Assembly: GCA_944320285.1 (NCBI GenBank) | Contig: CALUGX010000127.1 | Location: 14,941 to 78,940, forward strand | DNA length: 64,000 nt | Source: an uncultured Prevotella sp. | GTDB lineage: Bacteria; Bacteroidota; Bacteroidia; Bacteroidales; Bacteroidaceae | Direction: 5' to 3' | Shown here: positions 1 through 9,717 of the stretch, one piece after another | How positions within the stretch are numbered: the stretch's first letter is position 1 | Layout: each line of letters starts with the position of its first letter | Notes under the pieces: generated by a model | The model's database searches: none | The model's input: the letters and a program-made list of their open reading frames with translations, nothing else | What the model was told of the DNA's origin: nothing | Position numbers and translations under genes: made by a program

Positions 1-640
1 ACACACGGCCGAGAGCAAGAATCAAGCCTGTTATGATATTAGGCATGGCCATCGGCAGTATGACACGGCGTATGGTCTGTAGCTTTGTCGCACCAAGGGC
101 GAGACTGCCTTCACGGAAACTGTCAGGTATTGCTTTGAGGGCTTCCTCCGTTGTACGTATCACAAGTGGAAGGGCAAGCAACCCAAGCGTGAGTGAACCG
201 GCCAGAATACTGTCGCCAAAGCCGAAGAAATTGACGAACAGCGACATTCCGAACAGTCCGAACACTATCGATGGTATGCCGGCAAGGTTATTTGTCATCA
301 TGCGTATGAAACCTATCAGACGGCCGCTTTTAGCGTATTCGTGCATATATATACCGCTCATTATTCCCAAAGGAAAGGCAAACAGCGCACTGCCGACCAT
401 CAGGTAAAATGTGCCTATGATGGCGGGCCAGACGCCGCCACCCTTCATACCGTCAGTTGGCGGTGTCGTAATGAAGTCCCAGCTGAGCACGCTTGCGCCT
501 TTAACGATGATGAACGCAAGAATGATAAAAAGTATAGTAACTATCACGCAGCTAAGGAATTTAAACACTCCGAAGGCTATCTTTTCTTTGACAATCTTAC
601 TCCGATGGTTTCCGGCTTTAAGTATTTGTAAACTATCCAT
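1..640 (-). CDS. pstA: Phosphate ABC transporter permease PstA (3' end runs off the window)
   Basis: Manual translation from ATG at 640: MDSLQILKAG...NNLAGIPSIVFGLFG...LPLVIRTTEEALKAIPDSFREGSLALGATKLQTI (EAA loop). Lies directly downstream of pstC. Absent from the ORF track because it is truncated. Confidence 0.95.
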   Translation of the reverse strand, partial: MDSLQILKAGNHRSKIVKEKIAFGVFKFLSCVIVTILFIILAFIIVKGASVLSWDFITTPPTDGMKGGGVWPAIIGTFYLMVGSALFAFPLGIMSGIYMHEYAKSGRLIGFIRMMTNNLAGIPSIVFGLFGMSLFVNFFGFGDSILAGSLTLGLLALPLVIRTTEEALKAIPDSFREGSLALGATKLQTIRRVILPMAMPNIITGLILALGRV

Positions 641-744
641 TGTTTGATTATTTATCATTATTAGTCTTTAGCCGACAAGTCCACAGTTACGAGCCGACAA
701 GGATATTTGCCTTGTCACTAATTGTTACTGGAAGTACTTGCTAC

Positions 745-1944
745 TCATTTATTTGCTTTCACCTTATTCTTTGAGGATATGTATTCAACGCTTGAGTTGA
801 TAATCAGCGTTATGAAGAAAAGCACCACACCGAGCAAAAAAAGCGACTGGTAATGAGGGCCTCCGGCCGGAGCTTCCCCCAGTTCGGCAGCTATCGTGGC
901 TGGTATTGTCCTCAACGGGTCGGTTATTGAAAGTGGTATCACTGCGGCGTTGCCCGTTACCATGAGCACGGCCATAGTTTCGCCGAAAGCACGCCCAATA
1001 CCTAACACCACGGCAGAGGTAATACCTGAAACAGAGTAAGGCATAACCACCTTATATATAGTCTGCCACTTCGAGGCGCCAAGGGCAAGACTGGCTTCGC
1101 GTTGTGAACGCGGACAGTTTAGCATAGCGTCTTGGCTGACGGTTATTATCGTGGGCAATGCCATTATGGCCAACACTATCGCACCGGCCAAACCGCTCTC
1201 GCCGACAGGCAGTCCGAAAACGTCTTGCAACAACGGAACTATAACAATAAGTCCGAAGAAACCGTAAACCACCGATGGAATGCCATTCAAAAGCTCGATT
1301 ACAGGTTTCAGAATCTTACGCATACGCTCGCTCGCTACCTCGGACATATATATCGACACGGCCAAACCGAACGGCAAAGCGAAAAGTATTGCGAACACCG
1401 TAACCCACACAGTGCCAAGCACCAACGGCATAAAACCGAACTGCGCAGCGGGCGTGGCCGTTGGGAACCATTCGCCGCCGAAGAACACCTCCGACATTGA
1501 CACGCGATGTTCTTTAAGAGGTTTCACGGCCTTGCTCTCCTTGATAAACGCTTCCGGCACAAAAGCCACAATACCCTTATTGCCACTGACAAGTGTCTCT
1601 ATGCACTTGTCTGCATTTTCGTAGTTGGCACCAAGCTGTTCGTCAGAAAAATATTTCTGCATATCGTCAAACCTGAACACCGTTATCCGTTCGTCTGCGC
1701 CACCCAAGTTTTTCCAGTTGGTGACGTCTTCGTCGAATACCGCCTTTATCTGCTTGGCGTCAAGCTCGTCAACAGGGTTATCAGGGTTGACAACGAGCGC
1801 GTAGCCTTCCTCTATCGTCCTCTGTGAAAAAAGGCCGAAACCTTCAGAGAAAAGGAACAGCACGATGAGCAAGATAATTACGCTCGTTAGGAAACCACTG
1901 CAAGTGATTACACCTGTGACAATCTTCTCAAGTAACTTTTTCAT
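745..1944 (-). CDS. pstC: Phosphate ABC transporter permease PstC with an N-terminal extracytoplasmic PBP-like domain
   Basis: ELLNGIPSVVYGFFG, EASLALGASKWQT and GRAFGETMAV motifs; pst context. Confidence 0.95.
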   Translation of the reverse strand: MKKLLEKIVTGVITCSGFLTSVIILLIVLFLFSEGFGLFSQRTIEEGYALVVNPDNPVDELDAKQIKAVFDEDVTNWKNLGGADERITVFRFDDMQKYFSDEQLGANYENADKCIETLVSGNKGIVAFVPEAFIKESKAVKPLKEHRVSMSEVFFGGEWFPTATPAAQFGFMPLVLGTVWVTVFAILFALPFGLAVSIYMSEVASERMRKILKPVIELLNGIPSVVYGFFGLIVIVPLLQDVFGLPVGESGLAGAIVLAIMALPTIITVSQDAMLNCPRSQREASLALGASKWQTIYKVVMPYSVSGITSAVVLGIGRAFGETMAVLMVTGNAAVIPLSITDPLRTIPATIAAELGEAPAGGPHYQSLFLLGVVLFFITLIINSSVEYISSKNKVKANK

Positions 1945-2111
1945 GTCGATATTATTTTTATTATTGATAAGTTCTCAGTTGAACCGACAAGGATATTTAC
2001 CTTGCCGTTAGCCCGTTTGCCAATCATCTACACGTTTCTGTCTGTTTACCTGCTAACAGTTCGTCTGATGCTTATCGCTGGCAAAAGTACGGCGCGGCGG
2101 TTAAGGACACA

Positions 2112-2186
2112 TTACACAGGTATTACATTCAAGTTACAACCACAAAGACGCGACCGTTGTAACCCGAATGTAACCTCCGTGTAACC
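2112..2186. promoter_or_regulatory. Two inverted arrays of three 11-bp-spaced half-sites (Pho-box-like) between divergent pstC and pstS
   Basis: TTACA at 2112, 2123, 2134 and TGTAACC at 2158, 2169, 2180. Confidence 0.7.
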
Positions 2187-2235
2187 ATACTGAAAATACG
2201 AAACTGTTATTTCGCAGCGGAAATAAGACAAAGCA

Positions 2236-3153
2236 ATGATGAGAACAGATATGGAGACATTAAAACATGAATTTTATTCCACGTTTTTCACATTCGGCAA
2301 AATAAGTAAACATTTTTTGCCAACGTTTAATATTGTAATCTTCGCCTTCATGGTGATGGTAGCCACAAACGTGTCAGCACAGAAAATCAAAGGCAGTGAC
2401 ACGGTGTTACCGGTGTCGCAAGAAGGAGCTGAAATGTATATGAAAAACAATCCCCAAGCCCGCGTAACGGTGACAGGCGGAGGATCAGGTGTAGGTATTT
2501 CAGCACTGATGGACGGCACGACAGATATCGCTATGGCTTCGCGTTCGATTAAGTTCGGAGAAAAGATGAAATTAAGGAAAGCAGGAAAACTGCTACGTGA
2601 AGCCGTCGTTGCGTATGACGCCCTTGCTGTTATCGTAAACCCGCAAAACCCGATAACGCATCTTACACGTACACAACTCGAAGCGATATTCCGCGGCAAA
2701 GTGACGAACTGGAATCAAGTGACCGACCCCGTTACTGGAAATCGCGGCCCCGACCTGAAAATAATAGTCTACTCACGTGAGACCTCTTCAGGCACATACG
2801 AATTTTTCAAGACAAGTGTCCTCCATGAAAAGAACTATATGGCTGGCGTGCTATCAATGCCTGCCACGGGAGCGGTAATCCAGTCCGTCAGCCAGACACG
2901 CGGCGCAATAGGATACGTCGGCATGGCATACGTCAACAAATATGTAAAAGCCTTGAAGGTGTCTTACGACGGCCGCCACTTCGTCTATCCAAATATGGCC
3001 AACGGACGCAACCACACTTACCCTATAATCCGCGAACTTTACTATTATTATACGGCTGACAAAGCCAAGACCGTAGAACCGTTCATACGTTTCTTGCTGT
3101 CACCCGAAGGCCAGCAGATAGTAATGAGAAGCGGATACGTACCGGCTAAATAA
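2236..3153 (+). CDS. pstS: Phosphate ABC transporter substrate-binding protein PstS (start codon uncertain, possibly 2251)
   Basis: IKGSDTV, GGGSGVGI, IAMASR and SRETSSGTYEFF motifs of the PstS family. Confidence 0.95.
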   Translation: MMRTDMETLKHEFYSTFFTFGKISKHFLPTFNIVIFAFMVMVATNVSAQKIKGSDTVLPVSQEGAEMYMKNNPQARVTVTGGGSGVGISALMDGTTDIAMASRSIKFGEKMKLRKAGKLLREAVVAYDALAVIVNPQNPITHLTRTQLEAIFRGKVTNWNQVTDPVTGNRGPDLKIIVYSRETSSGTYEFFKTSVLHEKNYMAGVLSMPATGAVIQSVSQTRGAIGYVGMAYVNKYVKALKVSYDGRHFVYPNMANGRNHTYPIIRELYYYYTADKAKTVEPFIRFLLSPEGQQIVMRSGYVPAK

Positions 3154-3180
3154 CTACCGGCAAACCAAAGATTTTTAATG

Positions 3181-3357
3181 AGGGTGTGTCAAAATCCATT
3201 TTTTGAAAACATGAACTTATAATTTGAAATTTGATCACCCTAAAAGACTAAAAAAGGCCGTATCAAACTCTGTATTGAGTAATGATGCGGCCCTTTTAAG
3301 TATTATGGTTATAATATGTAACTTTTGAGAGTAGTCATTTCAGTTTTGACACACCCT
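3181..3357. mobile_element. MITE-like 177-bp non-coding element with 14-bp perfect terminal inverted repeats
   Basis: AGGGTGTGTCAAAA (3181-3194) and TTTTGACACACCCT (3344-3357), plus an internal imperfect hairpin. No ORF. Sits between convergent pstS and pgk. Confidence 0.65.
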
Positions 3358-3358
3358 T

Positions 3359-4606
3359 TTACTCGTTGATAGCTGCCACTCCGGGAAGCACTTTGCCCTC
3401 AATGGCTTCGAGCAATGCGCCGCCGCCGGTAGAGATGTATGACACCTTATCGGCCATACCGAACTTGTTGATGCAAGCCACGGAATCACCACCTCCTATG
3501 AGCGAGAACGCACCCTCGGCCGTGGCGTCGGCTATGGCATCGGCTATGGCCTTTGAGCCGCCGATGAAGTTGTCAAACTCAAACACGCCGGCAGGACCGT
3601 TCCAAAGTATAGTCTTCGCACCCTTGATTGCTGCGGCAAAAGCCTTACGCGTTTCAGGACCGGCGTCCAAGCCTTCCCATCCGTCAGGAATATCGTTGGC
3701 GGGGCACACCTTGGTGTTGGCGTCGTTAGAGAAGTCGTCAGCTGCTATGCAGTCTGTACCGAGTACGAGGTTCACACCGTTCTCCTTGGCCTTCTTGATT
3801 ACGTCGAGAGCAACGTCGAGTTTGTCGTCCTCGCAGATTGACTTGCCAATCTTACCACCTTGTGCCTTGGCGAAGGTGTAAGTCATACCGCCGCAAAGTA
3901 TGAGGTTGTCCACCTTGCCGAGCAAGTTTTCGATGATGCCTATTTTGGTTGACACCTTTGAACCACCCATTATGGCCGTGAAGGGACGCTTGATGTTGCC
4001 CAGTACGTTGTCAACGGCTGTCACCTCTTTTTCCATGAGGTAGCCCAGCATCTTATGGTCTTTGTCGAAATATTCGTCTATGACGGCTGTAGAGGCGTGC
4101 TTGCGGTGAGCTGTGCCGAAAGCGTCCATAACGTAGCAGTCAGCGTAAGAGGCGAGCTTCTTGGCAAACTCCTTCTGGCGGACCTTCATTTCCTTTTTAG
4201 CTTCGTCGTATTTCGGATCTTCCTTGTCTATGCCTACGGGCTTGCCTTCCTCTTCGGGATAGAAGCGCAGGTTCTCAAGCAGCAGGGCTTCGCCTGGCTT
4301 AAGAGCGGCAACCTCGTTGTCGGCGTCGGCGCAATCAGGAGCGAACTTCACCTCCACGCCGAGATGCTCTGACACGTTCTTGACAATCTGGCTGAGCGAG
4401 AGTTTCGGGTTCACCTTACCTTTGGGCTTACCCATGTGGCTCATCATGATGACGCTACCGCCGTCAGCCAGCACTTTTTTCAGTGTGGGGAGGGCACCGC
4501 GTATGCGGGTGTCGTCAGTCACATTTCCGTTTTCGTCAAGAGGCACGTTGAAGTCAACGCGCACGATTGCCTTTTTACCGGCAAAGTTGAATTGGTCGAT
4601 TTTCAT
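3359..4606 (-). CDS. pgk: Phosphoglycerate kinase
   Basis: [22 protein letters not shown] and STGGGALLE motifs. Start moved to MKIDQF at 4606. Confidence 0.98.
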   Translation of the reverse strand: MKIDQFNFAGKKAIVRVDFNVPLDENGNVTDDTRIRGALPTLKKVLADGGSVIMMSHMGKPKGKVNPKLSLSQIVKNVSEHLGVEVKFAPDCADADNEVAALKPGEALLLENLRFYPEEEGKPVGIDKEDPKYDEAKKEMKVRQKEFAKKLASYADCYVMDAFGTAHRKHASTAVIDEYFDKDHKMLGYLMEKEVTAVDNVLGNIKRPFTAIMGGSKVSTKIGIIENLLGKVDNLILCGGMTYTFAKAQGGKIGKSICEDDKLDVALDVIKKAKENGVNLVLGTDCIAADDFSNDANTKVCPANDIPDGWEGLDAGPETRKAFAAAIKGAKTILWNGPAGVFEFDNFIGGSKAIADAIADATAEGAFSLIGGGDSVACINKFGMADKVSYISTGGGALLEAIEGKVLPGVAAINE

Positions 4607-4706
4607 TTTTACCTTAAATTTATATATTAATACTTGTCTGTCCCAATGTGCTGCACGCAACCCTGCAACCGGCTTACGGTTGTAACGCATTGAGCATCTA
4701 ACCGAA

Positions 4707-4716
4707 TGCAAAGTTA
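4707..4716 (-). promoter_or_regulatory. Bacteroidota -7 promoter element for pgk
   Basis: TAACTTTGCA on the minus strand matches TAnnTTTG, about 100 nt upstream of the start. Confidence 0.6.
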
Positions 4717-5514
4717 ACAATTTTGGCTGAACGGAACAACGCAGCCATGATAATTTAATCATTTTTGATGCGATTGCAACCGTTATGCAAAGTCAAGTTG
4801 ACAAAAGGTAAAGATTAAAAACTGTTTTTAATCTTTGTAGAGTTTGTGTTTGTATGAAATCACATTATATATGTTCGCAATGCTCTCTGTCAAAGGAAAC
4901 CTCTCCAGGCTTCCACAAATGTCAAAATTATCATCGTTGACAGATTGACCTACAAACGGAAAAATTACTTTCAAGGTGATTTTCATTTTAACATTATAAA
5001 TCGCATTGACGAAAATTTTTCCGCCTCGGACAAGAATAAGCCTCATTTTTGCGTGCAAACGCAAGAACCTGATATTATGGCAGATACGCCATTTTTTATC
5101 CAAGTGTGCAATCAGACATATCGTTTTAACAATTTTTGTGGTAGAATCCACAAGCAATTATCGCTGTATCCGCTATCAACAACCATCATGTCAGCACGTA
5201 AATTCAACGCAAATGATGCCTTTTCACCGTGAAATATACCATATTTTGCACCACAAAATGCCACGTTTCACGGTTTCAAATGTTCTTTTGGACCTCTCAA
5301 TTTTCTATTTCATTCACATTCAACAACAAAATCCATTTGACATTTCGACATATATTTTCACTGAAATGGTTACAAAATGTTTTACTGTCATGAATATACA
5401 TAAAGCTCCGTGTGCTTGTCAGAAGTCAATAAAACTTACGGTCAAATACGAACATTAGGTGTGAATAAAAGCCCATTTTATCAGATTTTATTTTATACTT
5501 CACCCGATTTGCAT

Positions 5515-5524
5515 TATCTTTGCA
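5515..5524 (+). promoter_or_regulatory. Bacteroidota -7 promoter element for the 5622-7896 operon
   Basis: TATCTTTGCA. Confidence 0.6.
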
Positions 5525-5621
5525 TATAGGAAGCCGTAAACGGCAATGTGCACGGACGGCCACACAAACCAAACAATCCGTCTTACGGACAATAATTTGT
5601 AAAATTAAAAATATAGATAAT

Positions 5622-5957
5622 ATGGAGAAATATAAAATACAGACCAACGCGTCGGGCACAAGGAGCATGACGGTGACTGACGGACATCTAAAAACCATAA
5701 AGAAATATTCGCTGCTTGACGGTATCGTTGACAGCAACGGAATCATAGACGAAAGCGTACTCGACAAGCTGAAACTGAACGTGAGGGCCATGCTCGAAAC
5801 ACGCCATGAGACGGACAAGGAACTGCTCGACCTGTGCCTTGACGTAATCTATAACAACAACATGAAGGCGTTTGGGCTAAATCGCCTCATGGAACTTTAC
5901 TTGAAATGGAAAGTCTCGGAAGCTGATAATGACGTAAAGGATGCCGACGGTGAATAA
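5622..5957 (+). CDS. Hypothetical protein (111 aa)
   Basis: ATG after an A-rich leader, protein-like composition, stop overlaps the start of the next gene. Confidence 0.75.
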   Translation: MEKYKIQTNASGTRSMTVTDGHLKTIKKYSLLDGIVDSNGIIDESVLDKLKLNVRAMLETRHETDKELLDLCLDVIYNNNMKAFGLNRLMELYLKWKVSEADNDVKDADGE

Positions 5958-7896
5958 AGACGGCATGGCAGCCGGACAAGACGAGTTGCGCAGGAGCGCA
6001 TGGCTGCCAACGACGAAAAAGGAAGTGGAGTTGCGCGGATGGGACGGGCTTGACGTAATTCTGTTCTCAGGCGATGCGTATGTAGATCATCCGTCATTTG
6101 GCGCAGCCGTAATAGGGCGTGTACTTGAGGCCGAAGGGCTGCGAGTGGCGATAGTGCCGCAACCCGACTGGCACGGCGATTACCGCGATTTCAAGAAATT
6201 AGGCCGCCCGCGCCTGTTCTTCGGTATCGCCCCAGGCTGTATGGATTCGATGGTCAACAAGTACACAGCCAACAAGCGCCTACGCTCGGAAGACGCCTAC
6301 AGCCCCGACGGGCGGCATGACTGCCGGCCGGAATACCCAACCATAGTTTACAGCAAGATACTGCGGCAGCTTTACCCCGACGTGCCGATTGTACTCGGAG
6401 GCATAGAAGCGTCAATGCGGAGGCTGACACATTATGATTATTGGCAAGACGAACTCAAGCGTTGTATTCTGTGCGATGCGGGTGCCGATATGATAATTTA
6501 CGGCATGGGCGAACGGCCTGTCACGGCACTGTGCCGCGAGATGATGAAAGGCAGGAAGATCAACGAAATACGTGAACTGCCGCAGACCGTCTACCTAAGC
6601 CGTGAAGAAGAGATTCCGGAGGGCATCACGGCTGATGACATCTTGCTGCATCCGCATGAAGAATGCGTGCGCAGCAAGAGAGCTCAAGCCGAAAACTTCA
6701 GACATATCGAAGAGCAGTCGAATATGATGCACGCACACCGCTTGATCCAAGACGTCGGCGGACAGTATGCAGTGGTGAACCCGCCCTACCCTCCGATGAC
6801 GACGGATGAGATTGACAAGTGCTATGACCTGCCTTACACACGCCTGCCTCATCCTAAGTATAAGGGCAAGCGCATACCGGCGTATGAGATGATAAAACAC
6901 TCGGTAAACATCCACCGGGGATGCTTCGGCGGATGTGCCTTCTGCACTATCAGTGCCCACCAAGGCAAGTTTATCACCTCGCGCAGCAAGCGGAGCATTG
7001 TTGACGAAGTGAAGAAGATTGTCGCCATGCCTGACTTCAAGGGCTATCTGAGCGACCTCGGCGGACCGTCAGCCAATATGTATGCTATGGGCGGTAAGGA
7101 TAAAAAGATTTGTGAGAAATGCAAACGGCCGTCGTGCATAAACCCGAAAATCTGCCCCAACCTCGACACCGACCACTCAAAACTGCTTGAGATATACCAC
7201 GCCGTTGACGCATTGCAAGGCGTGAAAAAGAGTTTCATAGGCAGCGGCGTGCGTTACGATTTGCTCCTCAACAAAAGCGGAAACGAGAAATGTGACGCTG
7301 CGGCGAGGCAATACACACGCGAATTGATATGCCACCACGTAAGTGGAAGACTCAAGGTGGCTCCCGAACATACGTCAGACAACGTGCTAAGACTTATGCG
7401 CAAACCTCCTTTCAGACTGTTTGAGGAGTTCAAAAAAATATTCGACGACATCAACCGGCACGAAGGATTGCGACAACAGATAATACCCTACTTCATAAGC
7501 AGCCACCCCGGATGCCACGAAGAGGATATGGCCGAACTTGCCGTGATAACAAAAGGACTTAACTTCAAGCTCGAACAGGTGCAGGACTTCACGCCAACGC
7601 CAATGACTGTGAGCACGGAGACATGGTACACTGGTCTCGACCCATACACTCTTGAACCTGTATTCTCAGCCAAGACTCAACGGGAAAAGCTGGCACAGAG
7701 ACAATTTTTCTTCTGGTATAAACCCGAAGAAAGGAAGTCTATAGAGCGCGAACTGATTAGAATCGGTCGCCAAGACTTAATAAAGAAACTGTATTCGAGT
7801 GTCCGTACAACCAAAAGCCGAACAAGGGATGATAACAATAATAGAACAAAAAACGGAGGGAAAGGTAAGCCCGGAAGTGTGCGAAGACGGCATTGA
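5941..7896 (+). CDS. YgiQ/UPF0313 family radical SAM protein
   Basis: GDAYVDHPSFG N-terminal motif, RGCFGGCAFC radical SAM CxxxCxxC, PYFISSHPG and QVQDFTPTP. Confidence 0.93.
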   Translation: MPTVNKDGMAAGQDELRRSAWLPTTKKEVELRGWDGLDVILFSGDAYVDHPSFGAAVIGRVLEAEGLRVAIVPQPDWHGDYRDFKKLGRPRLFFGIAPGCMDSMVNKYTANKRLRSEDAYSPDGRHDCRPEYPTIVYSKILRQLYPDVPIVLGGIEASMRRLTHYDYWQDELKRCILCDAGADMIIYGMGERPVTALCREMMKGRKINEIRELPQTVYLSREEEIPEGITADDILLHPHEECVRSKRAQAENFRHIEEQSNMMHAHRLIQDVGGQYAVVNPPYPPMTTDEIDKCYDLPYTRLPHPKYKGKRIPAYEMIKHSVNIHRGCFGGCAFCTISAHQGKFITSRSKRSIVDEVKKIVAMPDFKGYLSDLGGPSANMYAMGGKDKKICEKCKRPSCINPKICPNLDTDHSKLLEIYHAVDALQGVKKSFIGSGVRYDLLLNKSGNEKCDAAARQYTRELICHHVSGRLKVAPEHTSDNVLRLMRKPPFRLFEEFKKIFDDINRHEGLRQQIIPYFISSHPGCHEEDMAELAVITKGLNFKLEQVQDFTPTPMTVSTETWYTGLDPYTLEPVFSAKTQREKLAQRQFFFWYKPEERKSIERELIRIGRQDLIKKLYSSVRTTKSRTRDDNNNRTKNGGKGKPGSVRRRH

Positions 7897-8668
7897 GGTC
7901 AACGCACACTTCGTGGCCGTTATTGATGGCAGTACGAGCAAGGCACGTTTCCGCATAAATCCGGACATGACGAACGGCCGTTATTGTATGCTCCTTATAA
8001 AGAAATACATATCCGAAATGCCACAAGACATCAACTTCGATAGCTTTTGCAAAGGTGTTACGGGGTATGTAAGAAATGAATACAAGGCATCGGACTGTGA
8101 CTTTTCGCTGCTCGAAAGACATCCTGAAGAACGCATGGCGGCAAGTGTGGCTGTTTATTCCGATTACTATAAGCAGGTGTGGATGATCGGAGACTGTCAG
8201 TGCTTGGCCAATGGCAGGCTTTATGAAAATCCGAAACCGTATGAAGAAAGGCTTGCCGCTAAGCGTGCCGAATATCTTAAACACGCTTTAGAAAACGAAC
8301 TTGGCATTGAGGAAGTGCAAATATCCGACCCTGGACGCGCATCGATTATCAACGAATTACGAGCCACCTGCAAAGAGCAAAACGTTTTGTTCTCCGTGGT
8401 TGACGGCTTCGATATTCCACGAGAAAAGACAAAAGTAATTGACATCGACGACTCTACAAGCAAAATCGTGTTAGCTTCAGACGGCTATCCGTTCTTAAAA
8501 GACACGCTGGAAGAAAGCGAAAACGCCCTCGCCGCGTTGCTATACGATGACCCGCTCTGTATTGACAAGTTTAAGGCGACGAAAGGATGGATGAGTGGTA
8601 ACAGTTCTTTCGACGACAGAAGTTATGTCAGGTTCTCGATTATCAGTCGCCAACCTTTATTACAATAG
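7829..8668 (+). CDS. PP2C/PPM-like phosphatase-fold protein
   Basis: AVIDGS, IGDC, LASDGY and FDDRS acidic motifs in PPM order. Start taken at MITIIE. Confidence 0.6.
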   Translation: MITIIEQKTEGKVSPEVCEDGIEVNAHFVAVIDGSTSKARFRINPDMTNGRYCMLLIKKYISEMPQDINFDSFCKGVTGYVRNEYKASDCDFSLLERHPEERMAASVAVYSDYYKQVWMIGDCQCLANGRLYENPKPYEERLAAKRAEYLKHALENELGIEEVQISDPGRASIINELRATCKEQNVLFSVVDGFDIPREKTKVIDIDDSTSKIVLASDGYPFLKDTLEESENALAALLYDDPLCIDKFKATKGWMSGNSSFDDRSYVRFSIISRQPLLQ

Positions 8669-9674
8669 ACTTAAACCAGTCTTTAAGCACGCCTTTGTAT
8701 TGATTTTGCGAGTCGCTTACCAATATCAGCACCCTGTCACCGTCGGCAAGCGTCGGGCCCAAACACATACCTTCGTAGTTGGCAATTGACCGGTTGAAAA
8801 GCCCAAGTTGTGTCTTAAACGAATACACTAGCCGCTTTGGTAAAAACTTTGTAGTGCCAGCTAATATCTCGTCTTTCAATAATGCCAACTCTTTATCAGG
8901 CTTTATCTCATATAATTTGCATTGTACGAAAGCACCGATTTTCAACTTCGGAATAAAAAACTCACGTTCCAATACGAGCAACCGCCCATCGCCCAACGCC
9001 GCTATTTCACTTACGCCCATTGCGTATTCGGCAGACTTTGAGTGTGCAACAGGCGCATCCATAATGTAAGCATATTGGCGCAAAGGTAGCATATCGTCAC
9101 CAAAAGATTGTAATCTCAACACGTTACGGACATTGTTCTGCGACGTGGCACGCTCTCCGTCACCTTCCAACGTGCTCTCGTTCATCGTCCAAAACGTGTG
9201 TTCACTCTCATCGTATGCCAACGCTTCAAAACCGTAATTACCCATCACTTTTTTATAAACACCGGGAAGTTCAAGTCGTCCACCGGTAAGTTTTCCTTCT
9301 GTTGAATACTCCACGATTTCAGAATCGGCTTCACGGCTGATAAACAGCGTACCAGATGAAGGCCTGAAAGCTATCCCTTCACAATCACCGCAACGTAAAC
9401 TATCGCCTCTGAAGCCTTTGTTCTTCACGTCGATTATGCCACCTGATACCGTGTCAACTTCAATCTCAAAAACGAAAAAGCCGTCGTTTGATGACTTGTC
9501 AGACACTACGGCATATTCGTTACCGTGCAAATAAGTGATCCCGCTATAGTTTCCGGCAGGTACAGACTTCCCGAACGACACTTGACCACAGTCCCTTACA
9601 ACCGTCGCTTGGGCGTTGCAAAGCACACTAAACACAGTACAGCACATAACAGACAATAATGATTTGACTGACAT
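8643..9674 (-). CDS. Esterase-like/phytase-like family secreted protein
   Basis: Signal peptide, YSGI, DCEGIA, GFEALA, GVSEI, LVLER, NYEGM and LVSD beta-propeller-type motifs. The track ORF was extended across the tRNA, so the start is moved to MSVKSL. Confidence 0.8.
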   Translation of the reverse strand: MSVKSLLSVMCCTVFSVLCNAQATVVRDCGQVSFGKSVPAGNYSGITYLHGNEYAVVSDKSSNDGFFVFEIEVDTVSGGIIDVKNKGFRGDSLRCGDCEGIAFRPSSGTLFISREADSEIVEYSTEGKLTGGRLELPGVYKKVMGNYGFEALAYDESEHTFWTMNESTLEGDGERATSQNNVRNVLRLQSFGDDMLPLRQYAYIMDAPVAHSKSAEYAMGVSEIAALGDGRLLVLEREFFIPKLKIGAFVQCKLYEIKPDKELALLKDEILAGTTKFLPKRLVYSFKTQLGLFNRSIANYEGMCLGPTLADGDRVLILVSDSQNQYKGVLKDWFKSIVIKVGD

Positions 9675-9717
9675 TGGAAAACAAAACTTACATTGAAATA
9701 TAACATGATGATATAAA

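Noticed and set aside
4607-4762. 52-aa N-terminal extension of Pgk (similar extensions on CarA, PurF, RlmH and the lipid kinase)
   Set aside because: Upstream alternative start codons picked by the ORF caller. The extensions run through promoters or neighbouring genes, and the family-typical start lies downstream.
4828-5458. Three overlapping track ORFs (109, 95 and 150 aa)
   Set aside because: AT-rich, mutually overlapping, no motifs, and they cross a repeat array. Treated as non-coding.
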